From Phaeosaccion multiseriatum (lineage: Eukaryota; Protista; Ochrophyta, other classes): a stretch of 64,000 nt of DNA. How positions within the stretch are numbered: position 1 is the first letter of the stretch; each line of letters starts with the position of its first letter. The DNA lies in assembly GCA_965112735.1 (NCBI GenBank), contig OZ218954.1, positions 3,472,001 through 3,536,000 on the forward strand. Direction: 5' to 3'. Under the pieces are notes generated by a model, which ran no database searches, had not been told where the DNA came from, and worked only from the letters and a program-made list of their open reading frames with translations. The translations under genes were made by a program, and so were the position numbers. Of this stretch, positions 63,081 to 64,000 are shown piece after piece.

Positions 63081-63259
63081 CAGCCACGACAAGCGTGCTG
63101 AGTGAACTCTCTGCTATGTCGCCCCTTCCCAACCACTCCCCTGCTGTATCACCAACTGCTGCTGCTGCCTGTTGCCTCTGCTGCTTCCTGCTGCTATTCC
63201 TGCTGGAGTCTATTGTTGCTGCTGAGCACATGCGTGTGTGCGTGTGCGCGCGTGTCTAT

Positions 63260-63290
<31 letters not shown>

Positions 63291-64000
63291 CGTATGTGTG
63301 TGTGTGGGCCGGCCCATGCCCCGCCCCCAGTGAAGTGAATGTTTCCTTCCCATGTACAAGTGAGTAAGTAGCCTGCCTGCGTGATAGCAGGGCTCCTCTC
63401 CTCTCCTTTCCTCCCCTCTCCTCCCCTCTCCTCCCCCCTCCTCTCCTCTCCTCACCTCTCCTCTGCTCGTCTCTCTTCTCCTCTCCTCTCGTCGCCTAAG
63501 TCCGTCCTCAAGCCACACCGCAACGTCTATCACAGCGATCCATCCTTTCAGCCGTCAGTCCCAGTCTCACTCCTTAGCCCCAACAACAAATGTCGAGAGC
63601 CGAGCCGAGAACCGATATCTGCCTCCCGTCTCTACCCTTCCACCCTTGTGACGTCCCTTCCTTCAAGCCATCCGGCGGTCTATTGTCTGTCGACCATCCA
63701 TTGCCATCCATCACCGGTGTGTTAATAACTGCGAGCGGAACCAGCCGCCCCTTCCTCCCCCAGGCCTCGAGCAACTTTAACTTCGACTAGGCTACTGTCC
63801 AGGCCCCGGCCTGTGAGCACGTCCACCCAACGCCGGTTCACAGTTGTCTTCACAGCAGTGGATGAAGAGGGGCAGCTGCTACTATTGCTGCTGTCGCTGC
63901 CCTCATTACTGGCGCTGCTTAAACTGCTGCTGCTACCACCGCTACTACCACTTGTACCACCAACATGTGAACCACTGTCCGGAATTATGGCTGTGAAGGC

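Noticed and set aside
63080-64000. Possible exons of a further gene at the window end
   Set aside because: No recognisable protein motif or consistent exon chain within the window.

Overview
Intron-rich, microsatellite-saturated eukaryotic nuclear DNA. It most likely comes from a photosynthetic stramenopile (ochrophyte), inferred from signal peptides followed by ASAF-type plastid motifs, WRKY19-like Cys/His repeats and oomycete/algal-type ankyrin repeats. Most ORF-track entries are translations of intronic simple repeats. Reading GT/GC-AG boundaries by hand gives about nine spliced genes: a stromal-processing-peptidase-like M16 metallopeptidase (-), a cullin with a ~300-aa insertion (+), a small secreted Cys-rich protein (-), a P-loop ATPase (-) with a head-to-head pseudogenised paralogue (+), a Pro-rich/3xC2/multi-EF-hand protein (-), a WRKY19-like zinc-finger repeat protein (+), an ankyrin-repeat protein ending in CaaX (-), a Cys-type glutathione peroxidase (-) and an amidohydrolase-2 ending in a PTS1-like tripeptide (+). 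Three non-coding signals stand out. (1) A 255-bp tandem array (~25.94-27.19 kb) in which every unit holds a ~120-nt imperfect hairpin whose mismatches favour G-U pairs on the + strand. (2) Intron motifs (GATGGCAGTG, GAGGCATATGGG) whose orientation flips between the 5' and 3' halves of introns on both strands. (3) TCGA-flanked CCCTGG...CCAGGG MITE-like elements at 52.4 and 54.1 kb. Exon coordinates and family calls were made by eye without database searches and are approximate.
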